DNA of 64,000 bases, from sequence record MH791411.1; one strand, written 5' to 3'. The notes under the pieces were generated by a model. It saw nothing but the letters and a program-made list of their open reading frames with translations. It was not told the origin of the DNA and ran no database searches. A program made the position numbers and the translations under genes. Below, one piece after another: positions 1-11,500 of the stretch (positions are counted from its first letter, which is position 1; each line of letters begins with the position of its first letter).

Positions 1-972
1 GTAGTTGTTATCACTAATGGTGCTTTATTGGTTCAACATAAGTCTGGATATAAATCTGTATTTTATAATATTCAATCAGATTTGCTCAATAAAGACGTTG
101 TTCAAAAAGGTCAAGTTATCGGTAAAGCTAATGGTGTTATTCAATTTGAAATAAGAGTTACCTCTGCCAACGTACTAGGATTTAGTGGTTCAGTTGACCC
201 TGGATTATTCTATGCATCCCAGACTGGTACAGGTTCTGAAGCGGGAAATAAAACATTAATTGCAGGACAAGCAACGAACCAAGCAGCACCGAAAGCTGTT
301 GTTCAACCTTCTGTTGATAGTGATGAATTAGTTGTAACAACTAAAATTAAAACTATCGGTACTGGGTATTCTCAACGTGGTTCTCGTCATGTCCCTCGTC
401 GTAGAAGAACACAACGTTCAGGTGGTACTCCAGCACCCACTGCACAAGAATCATACAATGTGGGTAATGTTGATAAGACTGCAATTGATTGGAAAGTTGT
501 TCCAGGTGATTCACAATTTATTTCTGAATTGAAAGAATATGAAGGAACAATGGCGTATCAACAAGCTAAAGGATATTACCGCAATGGTAAATTCTGGAGA
601 TATTTGGACAGTCGTGGGTTCCCAACCATCGGCTACGGACACTTGATCGTTGGTGGTGAAAACTTCTCTGGTGGGATTACCGAACAGGAAGCCAATGATA
701 TGTTGGTGCGTGATAGTAGTAAGGCTATATATGACGCAAAATCCATTTACGCTTCTTATAAGATGAAAACACCTTACATGGCACAACAAGTTCTATGTCA
801 AATGGTATTCCAGATGGGTAAAGGTGGTGTAATGAAATTTAAGTCAATGCTATCTGAAATGGCTAAAGGTAACTACAAGCAAGCTGCTGCTCAAATTCGA
901 AATTCAGCTTGGTATCGTCAAACTACACGCCGTGCTGAATTAATGGCACGTAGATTAGAGGCATGTCAATAA
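1..972 (+). CDS. Baseplate hub / tail lysozyme fusion (5'-partial): degenerate M23-like domain plus C-terminal T4-type (GH24) lysozyme
   Basis: Frame is open from base 1 (VVVITNGALLVQHKSGYKSVFY...VVQKGQVIGK, an M23/LytM-like pattern). The C-terminus has the E-G...D-S-x-G-x-x-T-IGYGH lysozyme motif and W-Y-x-Q-T-x-x-R-A. It lies upstream of gp25-like and gp6-like genes. Confidence 0.8.
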   Translation, partial: VVVITNGALLVQHKSGYKSVFYNIQSDLLNKDVVQKGQVIGKANGVIQFEIRVTSANVLGFSGSVDPGLFYASQTGTGSEAGNKTLIAGQATNQAAPKAVVQPSVDSDELVVTTKIKTIGTGYSQRGSRHVPRRRRTQRSGGTPAPTAQESYNVGNVDKTAIDWKVVPGDSQFISELKEYEGTMAYQQAKGYYRNGKFWRYLDSRGFPTIGYGHLIVGGENFSGGITEQEANDMLVRDSSKAIYDAKSIYASYKMKTPYMAQQVLCQMVFQMGKGGVMKFKSMLSEMAKGNYKQAAAQIRNSAWYRQTTRRAELMARRLEACQ

Positions 973-984
973 ATATTTCAGTAC

Positions 985-992
985 TATAAATA
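985..992 (+). promoter_or_regulatory. T4-type late promoter TATAAATA
   Basis: Exact T4 gp55 late consensus upstream of the RBS (GAGG) of the lysozyme gene. Confidence 0.7.
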
Positions 993-1009
993 ATAATGAG
1001 GAAATCTTT

Positions 1010-1498
1010 ATGAGTAAATGGGAAATCAAAAATACCGACGAACAATTTTTTAAAGAAATTAAAGAATTTGAAGGTACTATTGCGTATCAGAAAAAACTTG
1101 GTTATTTTAAAAATGATAAGTTTTGGGTATATAAAGACAGTCTAGGTCTTGATACCATTGGTTACGGTCACCTTGTACTTAAGGGTGAAAGTTTCAAAAA
1201 TGGACTCACTGAAGCAGAAGCTGATGCTCTCCTTATAAAAGATGCTCAGACCGCTTACAATGACGCAAAATCAATCTATGATCAATTTGGAATGACTGCT
1301 CCAGTACAGGTTCAGCGTGTATTGTGGTTTATGGTGTTCCAAATGGGTAAATCAAAAGTTTTAAATTTCAAAAAAGCGATGGCTGCTCTCGGTCGTGGTG
1401 ATTATAAAACTGCTGGTAAAGAAATGCGTGATAGTTCGTGGTACAAACAAACCACATCCAGAGCGGAGAAGATGGCTCGCATCGTCGAATCCGTATAA
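1010..1498 (+). CDS. T4-type lysozyme (GH24), paralog of the upstream C-terminal domain
   Basis: EFEG...YKDSLGLDTIGYGH, MVFQMG and WYKQTTSRA motifs; collinear with the preceding lysozyme domain. Confidence 0.9.
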   Translation: MSKWEIKNTDEQFFKEIKEFEGTIAYQKKLGYFKNDKFWVYKDSLGLDTIGYGHLVLKGESFKNGLTEAEADALLIKDAQTAYNDAKSIYDQFGMTAPVQVQRVLWFMVFQMGKSKVLNFKKAMAALGRGDYKTAGKEMRDSSWYKQTTSRAEKMARIVESV

Positions 1499-1513
1499 TA
1501 AAGGAAACACATA

Positions 1514-1909
1514 ATGGCAATTGTTTTTAAAGGTTTTTCAACTCCAGTAGTTGGAAGAACTGAAACATTGTATGACAGTGAATTGGTTCGTCAGGATTTA
1601 ATGAATCATTTCAATACAAAAAAAGGTGAACGTGCATTTGATGCTGATTATGGGTTCATTGCGTGGGATTTGCTATTTGAATTGGATGGTTATAATACAA
1701 TCAACCTTTTGGAAGCAGATGCCCGTAGAATTATTAGCTTGGACCCACGTTTAAGCTTAAAGAAACTTCAAATATCAAGAATTGAGTACGGTTATCAGAT
1801 GGATATAGTACTTGAATATGTTGTTCTCAATACTCTTGAAGAATTAACTATAGTTTTTGATGCAAGAAGTAACAACAGAATGGCTACCTATTCTGTATCA
1901 TCTTTGTAA
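1514..1909 (+). CDS. Baseplate wedge protein, gp25-like
   Basis: 131 aa with LVRQDLMNHFNTKKGERAFDADYG...LLFE...IISLDPR pattern; located before the gp6-like gene. Confidence 0.8.
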   Translation: MAIVFKGFSTPVVGRTETLYDSELVRQDLMNHFNTKKGERAFDADYGFIAWDLLFELDGYNTINLLEADARRIISLDPRLSLKKLQISRIEYGYQMDIVLEYVVLNTLEELTIVFDARSNNRMATYSVSSL

Positions 1910-1914
1910 ATTAT

Positions 1915-1944
1915 AAAAGCACTCTTCGGGGTGCTTTTCTTTTT
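1915..1944 (+). terminator. Rho-independent terminator
   Basis: AAAAGCACTC-TTCG-GGGTGCTTTT followed by a T-tract. Confidence 0.85.
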
Positions 1945-1947
1945 GGA

Positions 1948-1953
1948 TAAATA
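1948..1953 (+). promoter_or_regulatory. Late promoter core TAAATA
   Basis: GATAAATA directly after the terminator and before the gp6-like gene. Confidence 0.6.
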
Positions 1954-2011
1954 TTTCTATATATAATTCCCAGTACTGAACTAGTACTTTACTGATTTAA
2001 AGGAATAAATT

Positions 2012-5000
2012 ATGTCACAACAAAAAAGGCAATCAAATTTATACGCTGGTGAAGATTGGACTCAAGTATATGAAAGCTTTTATAAGATCAATCTAACAGC
2101 TTATGACTTTGATACAATCCGTCAAAGTATGATTGACTATCTACGTGCTACGTACCCAGATTCTTTCAACGACTGGATCGAAAACGACCAGTTCATCTTT
2201 ATTCTAGATACCATTTCTATGCTAGGACAGAACTTAGCATTCCGTATGGATTTAAACACTCGTGAGAACTTCCTAGATACTGCTACTCGTCGTGCATCAG
2301 TACTGAAACTCGCAAAAATGATTTCTTACTCTCCACGCCGTTCATATCCAGGTCGTGCAGTTGCTAAATTAACAGAAATAAAAACCAACCAAGACGTTCG
2401 TAATAGTTTTAACGAATCACTTAAGGATAAAATCATTCGTTGGAATGACCCAATGGACACAAACTGGTATGAGAACTTCATTCTAGTTATGAACAGTTCA
2501 TTTGTCAGTACTAACCAGTTTGGTAATCCGGTTAAACGTATCGATATCAATGGTGTTTCTCGTCAGCTATATCGTATGAATACAATTCCAATGTCAGCAC
2601 CAAGTCTTCCATTCACAGCTACAGTTAATGGTGAATCGATGACATTTGAAGTTGTCAACCCTGATATTACAGCAGTTGGTGTTGAAGAGCGTCACCCTGA
2701 ACCACAAGAGCAAAAATATATCGTTTATCAGAATGATGGTAACGGATTTAGTTCACCAAATACTGGTTTCTTCGTTTATTTTGTTCAAGGGACATTGACA
2801 TACCAAGATTACCAATATAATATTCGTGAAGAAAACCGTATCCAAGACATCAACGTAGATAATATCAACGAAACTGATGTTTGGGTTCAGGAAATCAACG
2901 AAGATGGTATTGTACGTACTAAATGGACCAAAGTTCCATCTATGGAAAGTATCGCATACAATACTGTTAACCGTCAACTAAAAACAATCTTTGCTGTCAC
3001 AACTCGTGATAAAGACCAGATTACTATTAAGTATCCTGATTCTCGTAGTGGTGTTGTTCCTCGTGGGACGTATCGTGTATGGTATCGTGTTAGTAATGGT
3101 GAAACATACAACATTAAAACGTCTGAAATCCAGAACAAAAGTGTAAAATACACCTATAGAACCAAAACACAATCAAGCTATGAATCCAGTACTTTGGATA
3201 TTCGTTTCACATTGCAATATGAATCAGATCGTGCACAAAGTGCAGAAACAATTGAACAAATTAAGGCTCGTGCTCCACAAATGTATTACACTCAAAACCG
3301 TTTTGTTAACGGCGAAGACTATAACATTGCTCCGTTGAGTTTGGGTAACACAGTTCTTAAATCGAAAGCAATTAACCGTTTATATAGTGGACAGTCACGA
3401 TTCATTGATATTAATGATCCAACTGGTAAGTATCAAAACACTGATGTGTTTAGTGATGATGGTTCAATGTATCAAGAAAACACACAATTTAATAAATCTT
3501 TACAATTACCAACTACCAAAACAAATGCTAGTATTGTAATTGATAATATTCAGCCATTGATTGGTGAGAATGCTGTAATCCAACGTTATCAAGCATATCC
3601 ACCGAATACAATTGGTATTGAAATTCAACAAAAATGGACACCTGAATACAATTCTAATTACGCAACTAATACGTATGGTCGTATTATGGGGGCAACAGGT
3701 AACGTATTCGGAAATTATCAAGTTGGTACGTTGATTAAGTTTTCAAATGCCGGAACTACTGTGTGGGCTAGTATTGTTAGTGTTCTTGATAATGGATATT
3801 ACGTTCTAAGTACTTCAGTTTCATCAAATATGCAAGCACAAGAGTACATTTTACAATACAGAACACGTTTTAATAGTGTCGAAGTGCAAGCAATCGCTGC
3901 AATGCTTGATAAAAAGACAGATTTTGTTATTATTCATGATAAAGAAACAACTTCTTGGATTCCATTAGAAATCAGTACTGATGAAGATACTATTTCTTAT
4001 AATGGAAATGAAGTTCTTGTTATGATTAACATCAAATATACTGCTGAAACCTGGGAATTTGATGCGAATGGCGTTGAATATGTGTTCGTTGGTGGTGATA
4101 AAGTTCGTTTTTACTTCGTTTCTTCTAAAAAGATAACTGATATTAGTACTGGTAGTGTTCAAAGTGACAAAATTGAAATTTTATCATCAAATACCACAAG
4201 CAATAGTAATGCTGGGTTGACAAGTAACATAGATTTCCAAATTTATGACACAATTCAACAAGAAAACGGGTATCTTGATGGTTCTCGTGTGGTTATCACC
4301 TCTGAAAACGTTGATAGTAATGGAATCCCACTAGAACCTAATCAATTCAGAGAAATTGTACCAAATTGGACTGGTGAAGATTCAGTTAAATATGGTGGTA
4401 TATTGGTTTTCCAAGAAAACGATGATTTCACTATATCAGTACTGTCATTACCGAATGATACTTTCACTATTCTTGATTCTTCATGGGCTTATACAATGGA
4501 TCAAGCACTTGCAGAAACTAATGCGTATAAGAGAAGTGAATTTGTTCGCAACAATGCTATTCGATCAACAACATTGAGTGGTATCTATAGTAAAGGTTCA
4601 GGCTTTATAGTTGGCTTTAACTATGATGGTAAATATTACTTCATTGAACAAACTGTTGGTAATAATAATGACCGTTTAAACCAATTAATTGAGAACTTGA
4701 CCTATTCTGATGATACAACTGCTGCAACTCCTGAACTTGCGTTTTATCGTGCTATTGTTAATATCGGTACTAATGCTGATGTTAACCAAAAGTTAGATTA
4801 TTATGGTTATAAAGATGTAACTTCACAATATACCGTAAAAACGAATGCAAGAACTGGTATTGATTTCCACTGGAAACATTATGCACCAGATGATAATCGC
4901 ATTGACCCAAGTAGAACAAACTTGATTGACATGTATGTATTAACCAATTCATACAAAACTGAAGTTGATGTATGGTTGAAGAATGGAACACAAGGTAATA

Positions 5001-5473
5001 TGCCTAAACCGCCAACATCTGTTGAATTGAAAGACATTTTTAAAGAAGTTGAACAAAAAATAGTCATCAGTGACAGTATTATTTGGCATAGTGCAGAATA
5101 TCTACCATTATTTGGTGCGAGTGCTGCTGAAGATTATAAAGCAGATTTTAAAGTCGTCAAATTGCCTAACAGTACAATGAGTGATGATGAAATTCGTCAA
5201 AATGTCGTAGCACTAACTAACGAGTATTTTAATGTTGACAACTGGGATTTTGGTGAAAGTTTCTATTACACAGACTTGTGTACATACATTCATTCCCAAT
5301 TAGGACGACATATTAGTACTATTGTTATCGTAGCTCAAAACCCTAACTCTAAATTTGGCTCACTATTTGAAATCCCTTCACGTTCTGACCAGATTTTCTT
5401 AAGTACTGCATCAGTTGATAACGTACAGATAGTCAATTCCTTGGCTAAGAGTAACATTAACATTGGTTCATAA
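2012..5473 (+). CDS. Baseplate wedge protein, T4 gp6-like (1153 aa)
   Basis: N-terminal YDFDTIRQSMIDYLRATYPDSFND...RENFLDTATRRASVLKLAKMISYSPRR and AETIEQIKARAPQMYYTQNRFVNGEDY motifs typical of gp6/baseplate J. Confidence 0.75.
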   Translation: MSQQKRQSNLYAGEDWTQVYESFYKINLTAYDFDTIRQSMIDYLRATYPDSFNDWIENDQFIFILDTISMLGQNLAFRMDLNTRENFLDTATRRASVLKLAKMISYSPRRSYPGRAVAKLTEIKTNQDVRNSFNESLKDKIIRWNDPMDTNWYENFILVMNSSFVSTNQFGNPVKRIDINGVSRQLYRMNTIPMSAPSLPFTATVNGESMTFEVVNPDITAVGVEERHPEPQEQKYIVYQNDGNGFSSPNTGFFVYFVQGTLTYQDYQYNIREENRIQDINVDNINETDVWVQEINEDGIVRTKWTKVPSMESIAYNTVNRQLKTIFAVTTRDKDQITIKYPDSRSGVVPRGTYRVWYRVSNGETYNIKTSEIQNKSVKYTYRTKTQSSYESSTLDIRFTLQYESDRAQSAETIEQIKARAPQMYYTQNRFVNGEDYNIAPLSLGNTVLKSKAINRLYSGQSRFIDINDPTGKYQNTDVFSDDGSMYQENTQFNKSLQLPTTKTNASIVIDNIQPLIGENAVIQRYQAYPPNTIGIEIQQKWTPEYNSNYATNTYGRIMGATGNVFGNYQVGTLIKFSNAGTTVWASIVSVLDNGYYVLSTSVSSNMQAQEYILQYRTRFNSVEVQAIAAMLDKKTDFVIIHDKETTSWIPLEISTDEDTISYNGNEVLVMINIKYTAETWEFDANGVEYVFVGGDKVRFYFVSSKKITDISTGSVQSDKIEILSSNTTSNSNAGLTSNIDFQIYDTIQQENGYLDGSRVVITSENVDSNGIPLEPNQFREIVPNWTGEDSVKYGGILVFQENDDFTISVLSLPNDTFTILDSSWAYTMDQALAETNAYKRSEFVRNNAIRSTTLSGIYSKGSGFIVGFNYDGKYYFIEQTVGNNNDRLNQLIENLTYSDDTTAATPELAFYRAIVNIGTNADVNQKLDYYGYKDVTSQYTVKTNARTGIDFHWKHYAPDDNRIDPSRTNLIDMYVLTNSYKTEVDVWLKNGTQGNMPKPPTSVELKDIFKEVEQKIVISDSIIWHSAEYLPLFGASAAEDYKADFKVVKLPNSTMSDDEIRQNVVALTNEYFNVDNWDFGESFYYTDLCTYIHSQLGRHISTIVIVAQNPNSKFGSLFEIPSRSDQIFLSTASVDNVQIVNSLAKSNINIGS

Positions 5474-5479
5474 CACATT

Positions 5480-5505
5480 AAGGCGTTCTTCGGAACGTCT
5501 TTTTT
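5480..5505 (+). terminator. Rho-independent terminator
   Basis: AAGGCGTTC-TTCG-GAACGTCTT followed by a T-tract. Confidence 0.85.
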
Positions 5506-5511
5506 ATATCA

Positions 5512-5517
5512 TAAATA
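5512..5517 (+). promoter_or_regulatory. Late promoter core TAAATA
   Basis: CATAAATA between the terminator and the giant structural gene. Confidence 0.6.
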
Positions 5518-5553
5518 AATCAAATGAATGAACGAATTATATGGAGTCCAAAA

Positions 5554-8500
5554 ATGACTAATAATTTTAAGTTTCAACCTACACAGATGGCTGAAGCAGT
5601 ACAGAAGAAGCTTTTCATAAAAAGATTGCCTGAGTGGATGCAAGGCTTAGAAGATATTCAGAAAGTCAGTGATGATGTTATCCAACAATGGTTTAATCCG
5701 GCTGAAAACGAATTAGTTGACGGCTACATTGGTGACATGGGTTCTCCGGCAGCAGCAGGGAACATCTTCTTACACGAGTCAACAGTCGCACGTCAACTAT
5801 ATCAGTTGTCCACTGCGTATGTCTCAAGAAATGATGACTCCAGCATTCGTTCAATTCAATTTTATGATGATCTAGTTGGCTATATGAATCATTACGGTGC
5901 ACTAACCGAAAATGAAAGCCGTTTGTTTAATGGTAAGTTCTATTCATGGACCCCACCAATTAACCCAAATAAAATGAACAACTACAGTTCATACCTATGG
6001 GATTCCAAGAATAGCTATAATATCACAACTCCAGATTATATTGTAATGGAACGTGGTGCAGAAAATGGTAACACTTGGTCACTACAAAACTTCTGGTACA
6101 CATTAGGTGAAACTTTAGAAGATGGTACTATCCTAACTGAAGAACTAATGCAAGATTCCCGTTTTGTTCGTGCTCGTGCACCAATTATCGAATACAATAA
6201 AAATATCGAACTAATGAACTACGGTACTAAATTCCGTGGGACAGTTGATTTGTTCTCTGATATTATTAAACCTGAAGATATCGTACAAAAAGATATTAAC
6301 AGCGGTATACGTATTGATGGTATTATTCCACAAGATGGTATGCGTATTCTTTTCACCAGTATTGGTAACAATGGTGAAAACAACCGAATTTATAAAGTAT
6401 ATGTTAAACGTATGCAAGATGGAACACGTGTGTATGGTCTAGCATTAGATCCAGACGAAGAATCTGAAAGCCGTCCGAGTGGTGAACCACAAGATGGTGA
6501 CGTAGTTCTTATTATCAAAGGTAATGAATTTGGTAACAGTTCCATGTATTGGGACGGTTCTCATTGGATTCAAGCACAGTCTAAAACTTCTGTGAACGTA
6601 TTTCCACAATTCCAATTGTATGACCGTAATGGTGTTAAACTAAACAACACTACTACCTATCCATCAAGTACTTTTACTGGTTCTTCACTATTTGGTTTTA
6701 AAATTAACTATAATTATGCAACTGATAGCGTTTATGGTTATAATATTGAACTAGGTGATTACAATTATTACACATATGAGAATTTCCTACAATCAACTCG
6801 TTATACTTACGAGCATTTGGGTGTGGAAGTTGAAATTGATGGACTATATTACTATAACGTAATTGGTGAAGGTAATACAATGAACCTAGAAACTGATTGG
6901 GTTCGTAGTACTGAATACTCCAAACAATATGTTAAACAAACTCCACAGGTTGAACGTACAGTAATGTTCCGCGTGTTCAGTACTGTTTATGACATGGAAA
7001 GTTTCAAAGACCCAGTTGAAGGAATGTATGCTTATGTAATTGAAGTTGACAGAACTTATCAATATTACAAAGCAGAACGTGAAACATATCTTGATTGGCA
7101 TGTTATCGTTGGTGATGGGGTACAAAGCGTTAAGTACAATCATACATTTGAATTGGCACAAAAAGTACTAGATAATTCTGATGATATTATCGAACTAGTT
7201 GTTGATGGTGTGGAAATAAAAGAATACACCAAAACTGTAGTTAATAATCAAGTACAAAGTATTACAATTGATAGCTCTGTTGATTTGGATGAAGATTCTG
7301 TTGTACAAATCAGAACTTATAGTAGCACTATCACTCCTAATAAAGAGTTGGGTGCATATGAAGTTCCAATTAACCTACAAAATAACCCATATAATTCAAA
7401 CATTGAATACATCAACCAAGGTGATTACACCCTGCACTTCCAAGATATTATTCAAAAGAATATTACATCTGGTTCTGCTGATGACTTTAACAATTACGAA
7501 GAACGTTTGGCTGCTGGTTTGGTTAATAATGGTGTAGGCACTAAAATTATTCAAAACGAAGCGTCCATGTTACCACTAATGGCACATACCGCTAATGAAG
7601 ATATTGATTTGTTTGAATCAATCATGTTTATGCAAGCAGAATACTTCCGCTTCATTAACAAGTTCAACACTCAAATGCTTCGTTTGTATGAAGAAGACCC
7701 AAGTGCTTTTCTTGGTAATAGTGCATCAAACATCGTAGATGCGATTCTAACAGCTATTAATATGGGACGTGATAGTACATTCCCATTCTACTATGACAAC
7801 GTTGCAAGCACTGCTGGGTTTATTCGTGCATTTGTCCCACCAACTCCACAGTTCTTGGGTATTTTGCAAGCTTATACACCACAAAAAGCAACATTCTTAA
7901 CTGCTGGTAGTAAATCTAGCTGTTATAATATCAGTCATACTGGTATTATTTCAAAAGCATACCGTGTTATCAATGGTGTTGATAAAATGGATGACGTAGT
8001 TTTTGAATTGGAAAATCGTATCTTTAATAGTATTGATCTTACTTTCAAGGATATTGATTATAAACCAGTACTAAACAGTGAAGACCTATTCCCAACTCCA
8101 TATTTCACTGGTACTGATTATAGTGCAGAAGAAAAGAAAACTCTATTACTACGTGGTTACATTAACTTCACAGCAACCAATGGCATTAGTAACAGTACTC
8201 ATGATTATGATGCAAATAACTGGAGAACTTGGAACTATACTGGTAGTTATTATGTTGTTGATGGTCAACGTACTGAAATTCCTGCTCGTGGTTCATGGCG
8301 TGCAATCTATACTGACCAATATGGCACATATCGTCCAGCAACCCATCCGTGGGAAATGATGGGCTTCTCTCAACGTCCTACTTGGTGGAACCAAGAATAC
8401 GAACCAACCGCAGTTCAAGTTGGTGAACGTGAGGGTGATGTTGTTTATGTGTATGAAGCACTAGTAATGAATGAAAATGGTGATTTGGTCCCAAGTGGAT

Positions 8501-11500
8501 TGTGGGATATTGATGGTACTATCGGTGATAGCAGTACTGGTACTATTTTGTCAGGTGAACGCCGTGGTCAATATGACAAATACAAGCGTTTCGGTGTACA
8601 GCCATTTAAAATCACTAAGACTGGCGAGAAAACCAGTACTGGTATTGATATTTGTGAAGTTGAGTATATTGCACCTGAAGTTTTAGGTCTTGTTAGTGGT
8701 AATTTAGATCATCGTGCAGAACCGTGGTCTTATGGTGACATGGGTGACATGGAATTCACTTACATGAACACTGCGATGTTTGCTTATGACCAAATGCTTC
8801 TTCTATACAAAGCAAAACCAGCACAGTTTGCAAACTATTACTGGGATACCCGTAATGATAACCTTAAACCAGTTTATACTGATGGTTCACAGTTCCTTTA
8901 TGGTGAAACTCGTAAGCGTCTAAACTTTGACAGTACTACATTAGTACATGGTGAGAAAAACACCCGTACTATCGGTTATCAAATGTTTGTTAGTGACTAT
9001 TTGATGTATCAGAATAAGAACATTACCACCAAATACGGTGACGTTGTTCGTTCTTCTTATGTCAATGTCGCTCACAAAATTGGTGGCTTTACTAAAGCAG
9101 ACCAATTGACATTCACTGCTAAATCTTTCGGTTTGATTTCACAAGAAAACCAAACTATCGGTCTAGTTCGTTCCAATAACATTCGCGATGAGCAAATGAG
9201 TGCAGTAAAAATTACTTGGAATGGTAGTGCATATCAAATTGATGGTTATGATTTAGTTGGTGCTAAATTTAAATATAAAATTCCAGTTAAAAATGGAAGA
9301 AAAGTAACTCTTAAATTGGAAGACAGAACTGTTGTTCATTACAATGAATGGAAATCTGAAGGTACATTAGAATATGGTAAAATATTCAATACATACCAAG
9401 AAGTTTATACTTTCATTTGTGGATATGGTGAATATCTAAAAGAACATGGCTGGATTTTTGAAGATGTAAATGATAGTGGTACTCAACAAGACTGGACAAC
9501 TATTGCTAAAGACTTTGTTATTTGGAGTCAGAATAATTTAAGTACTGGTGAGTTCATCTCCTGCACTCCAAGTGCAGCTAATGCTAAATTTGGTGCGGAT
9601 TTTGGTTCAGTTCAATCTGTTACACAGAATAGTGGTGGTGTTTGGTCACTACTCGATGATGAAAACCAAGGTATCCGTCAATATGAAATCGAAACTTCGC
9701 GTATCGGTAACGTATTCACAGTGAGAACTACATCTGAATCACAAAAACGTATGGCGTTGATTCGTTTGAGCCTAAGTTCATATGAACACGCAGTTGTTTT
9801 TGATGATAAAACTATCTTTGGTGATTACATTTACCAACCAACTTATGGTGCTATTCAAGAATTGATTAAAATGTATGGTTACATTACTGGGTCATGGACT
9901 GGTCGCCTACAAGCACCTGGTTTCATTATCCTAGAAGCAGGAACTTTACCATCATTTGAAAAATTAGTAACTGATTTTGAATTATATTATAATAGTGAAA
10001 CTCCTGTGAGTGATGTTCAGCTTCAAGAGTTATCAAATCACTTGATTGGCTATCAAACTCGTGATTATCTACAACGTATGATTAGTAGTGATGTTAGTCG
10101 TGTTGATTTCTATAAAGGATTCATTCATGACAAAGGTACTAACCAAGTAATGGAAAAAGTACTACGCGTTTCTAAATCTTACGACACTGATGAATATAAA
10201 GCACTTCAGGAATGGGCATTTAAGATTGGTACTTATGGTAATATCAATGGTAAGAAAAATCTACAATTTAAACTAATCAATGACCAATTTAAACAACAAC
10301 CACAGATGGTTTCGTTTGATGTTAATGCTACATCAAATGGTACTGGTAATGGTATTGTTTATTACGGTGAACAAGGGGTTGACTCACGCTGGATTACTCG
10401 TCCAAATGGTAAGTTTTCATTCCCAATGCGTAGTGGAAGAAGTGAGAATATCCAACTTCCAGACATTGGTCCTGTAACACTAGATGAAATTTCATACGTT
10501 ACTAAAGATTTCAGTACTGCATATAATGATCGTATCAATTATATGAATAACAGTGGTGAAATCCCAGATTCTGTATGGATGTTTAAAGATGGTAATGATT
10601 TGTGGAATATTTTCGAACTAGTAGACACTGAAGTTGAGATGCTCTCTATCGTTCCAATTGAAAATACCGATGTATATGCAGAACAATTCTGTAAAGTAAC
10701 TCTAAGTGATGATATCCCACTAAATGATGGTGATTATTATTACTTTGTTGATGAAACTAACTTTATGCCAGATACATTGACTATAGAAAGTCAATATTAT
10801 ACTGCGGGTAATGACCCTAGAGTTATGGTAGTTCCGTTTGACACTTCAATCACTATTGACTTCACTGATCCTGATACTCGCCCACGCTTGTATCGTTATG
10901 TTTCACGATTCAGTACTGAAGAGATGCGTCAGGAATACATTGACAGAAAATATAGTTTTAAAGCTCCACAAAGTACTTTGTTTGACCGCCCAACCACATA
11001 TGATGAGCGTACTAACATTACTGCGTTGTACCTAAACGTGTTTGACCCAATCAACGGTGTTATTCCTGGTGCAGCGATGCAGAACGTTACCTACACATCT
11101 CCAGTTGACCCAGCACAATACAACAGCAATGGTGAATTGATTCAAGCATGGGGTGCTGATAAAGTTGGTCAGGTTTGGTGGAACACCAGCACTGCTTTCT
11201 ACTTAGATTACACTCGTGCAATCTATGATGCTGATGGTAATGTGGATGTTGATGCAACAAATGAATATAAACGTTATAACTGGGGCAGATTGCTACCGCA
11301 CAGTACTGTTGATGTTCTTGAATGGGTATGTTCACCAGTTGAACCATATAACTGGGACAAATACTGCAAAGACGTTGCTAACAAAAATAAAAACAACACT
11401 ATGTACCTACCAAGCGGAACCGCATTGGAAGATAATTATAGTACGTTCTTAGAATATGATAGCACAACTGATACTTATGTTACAAAATACTATTTCTGGG

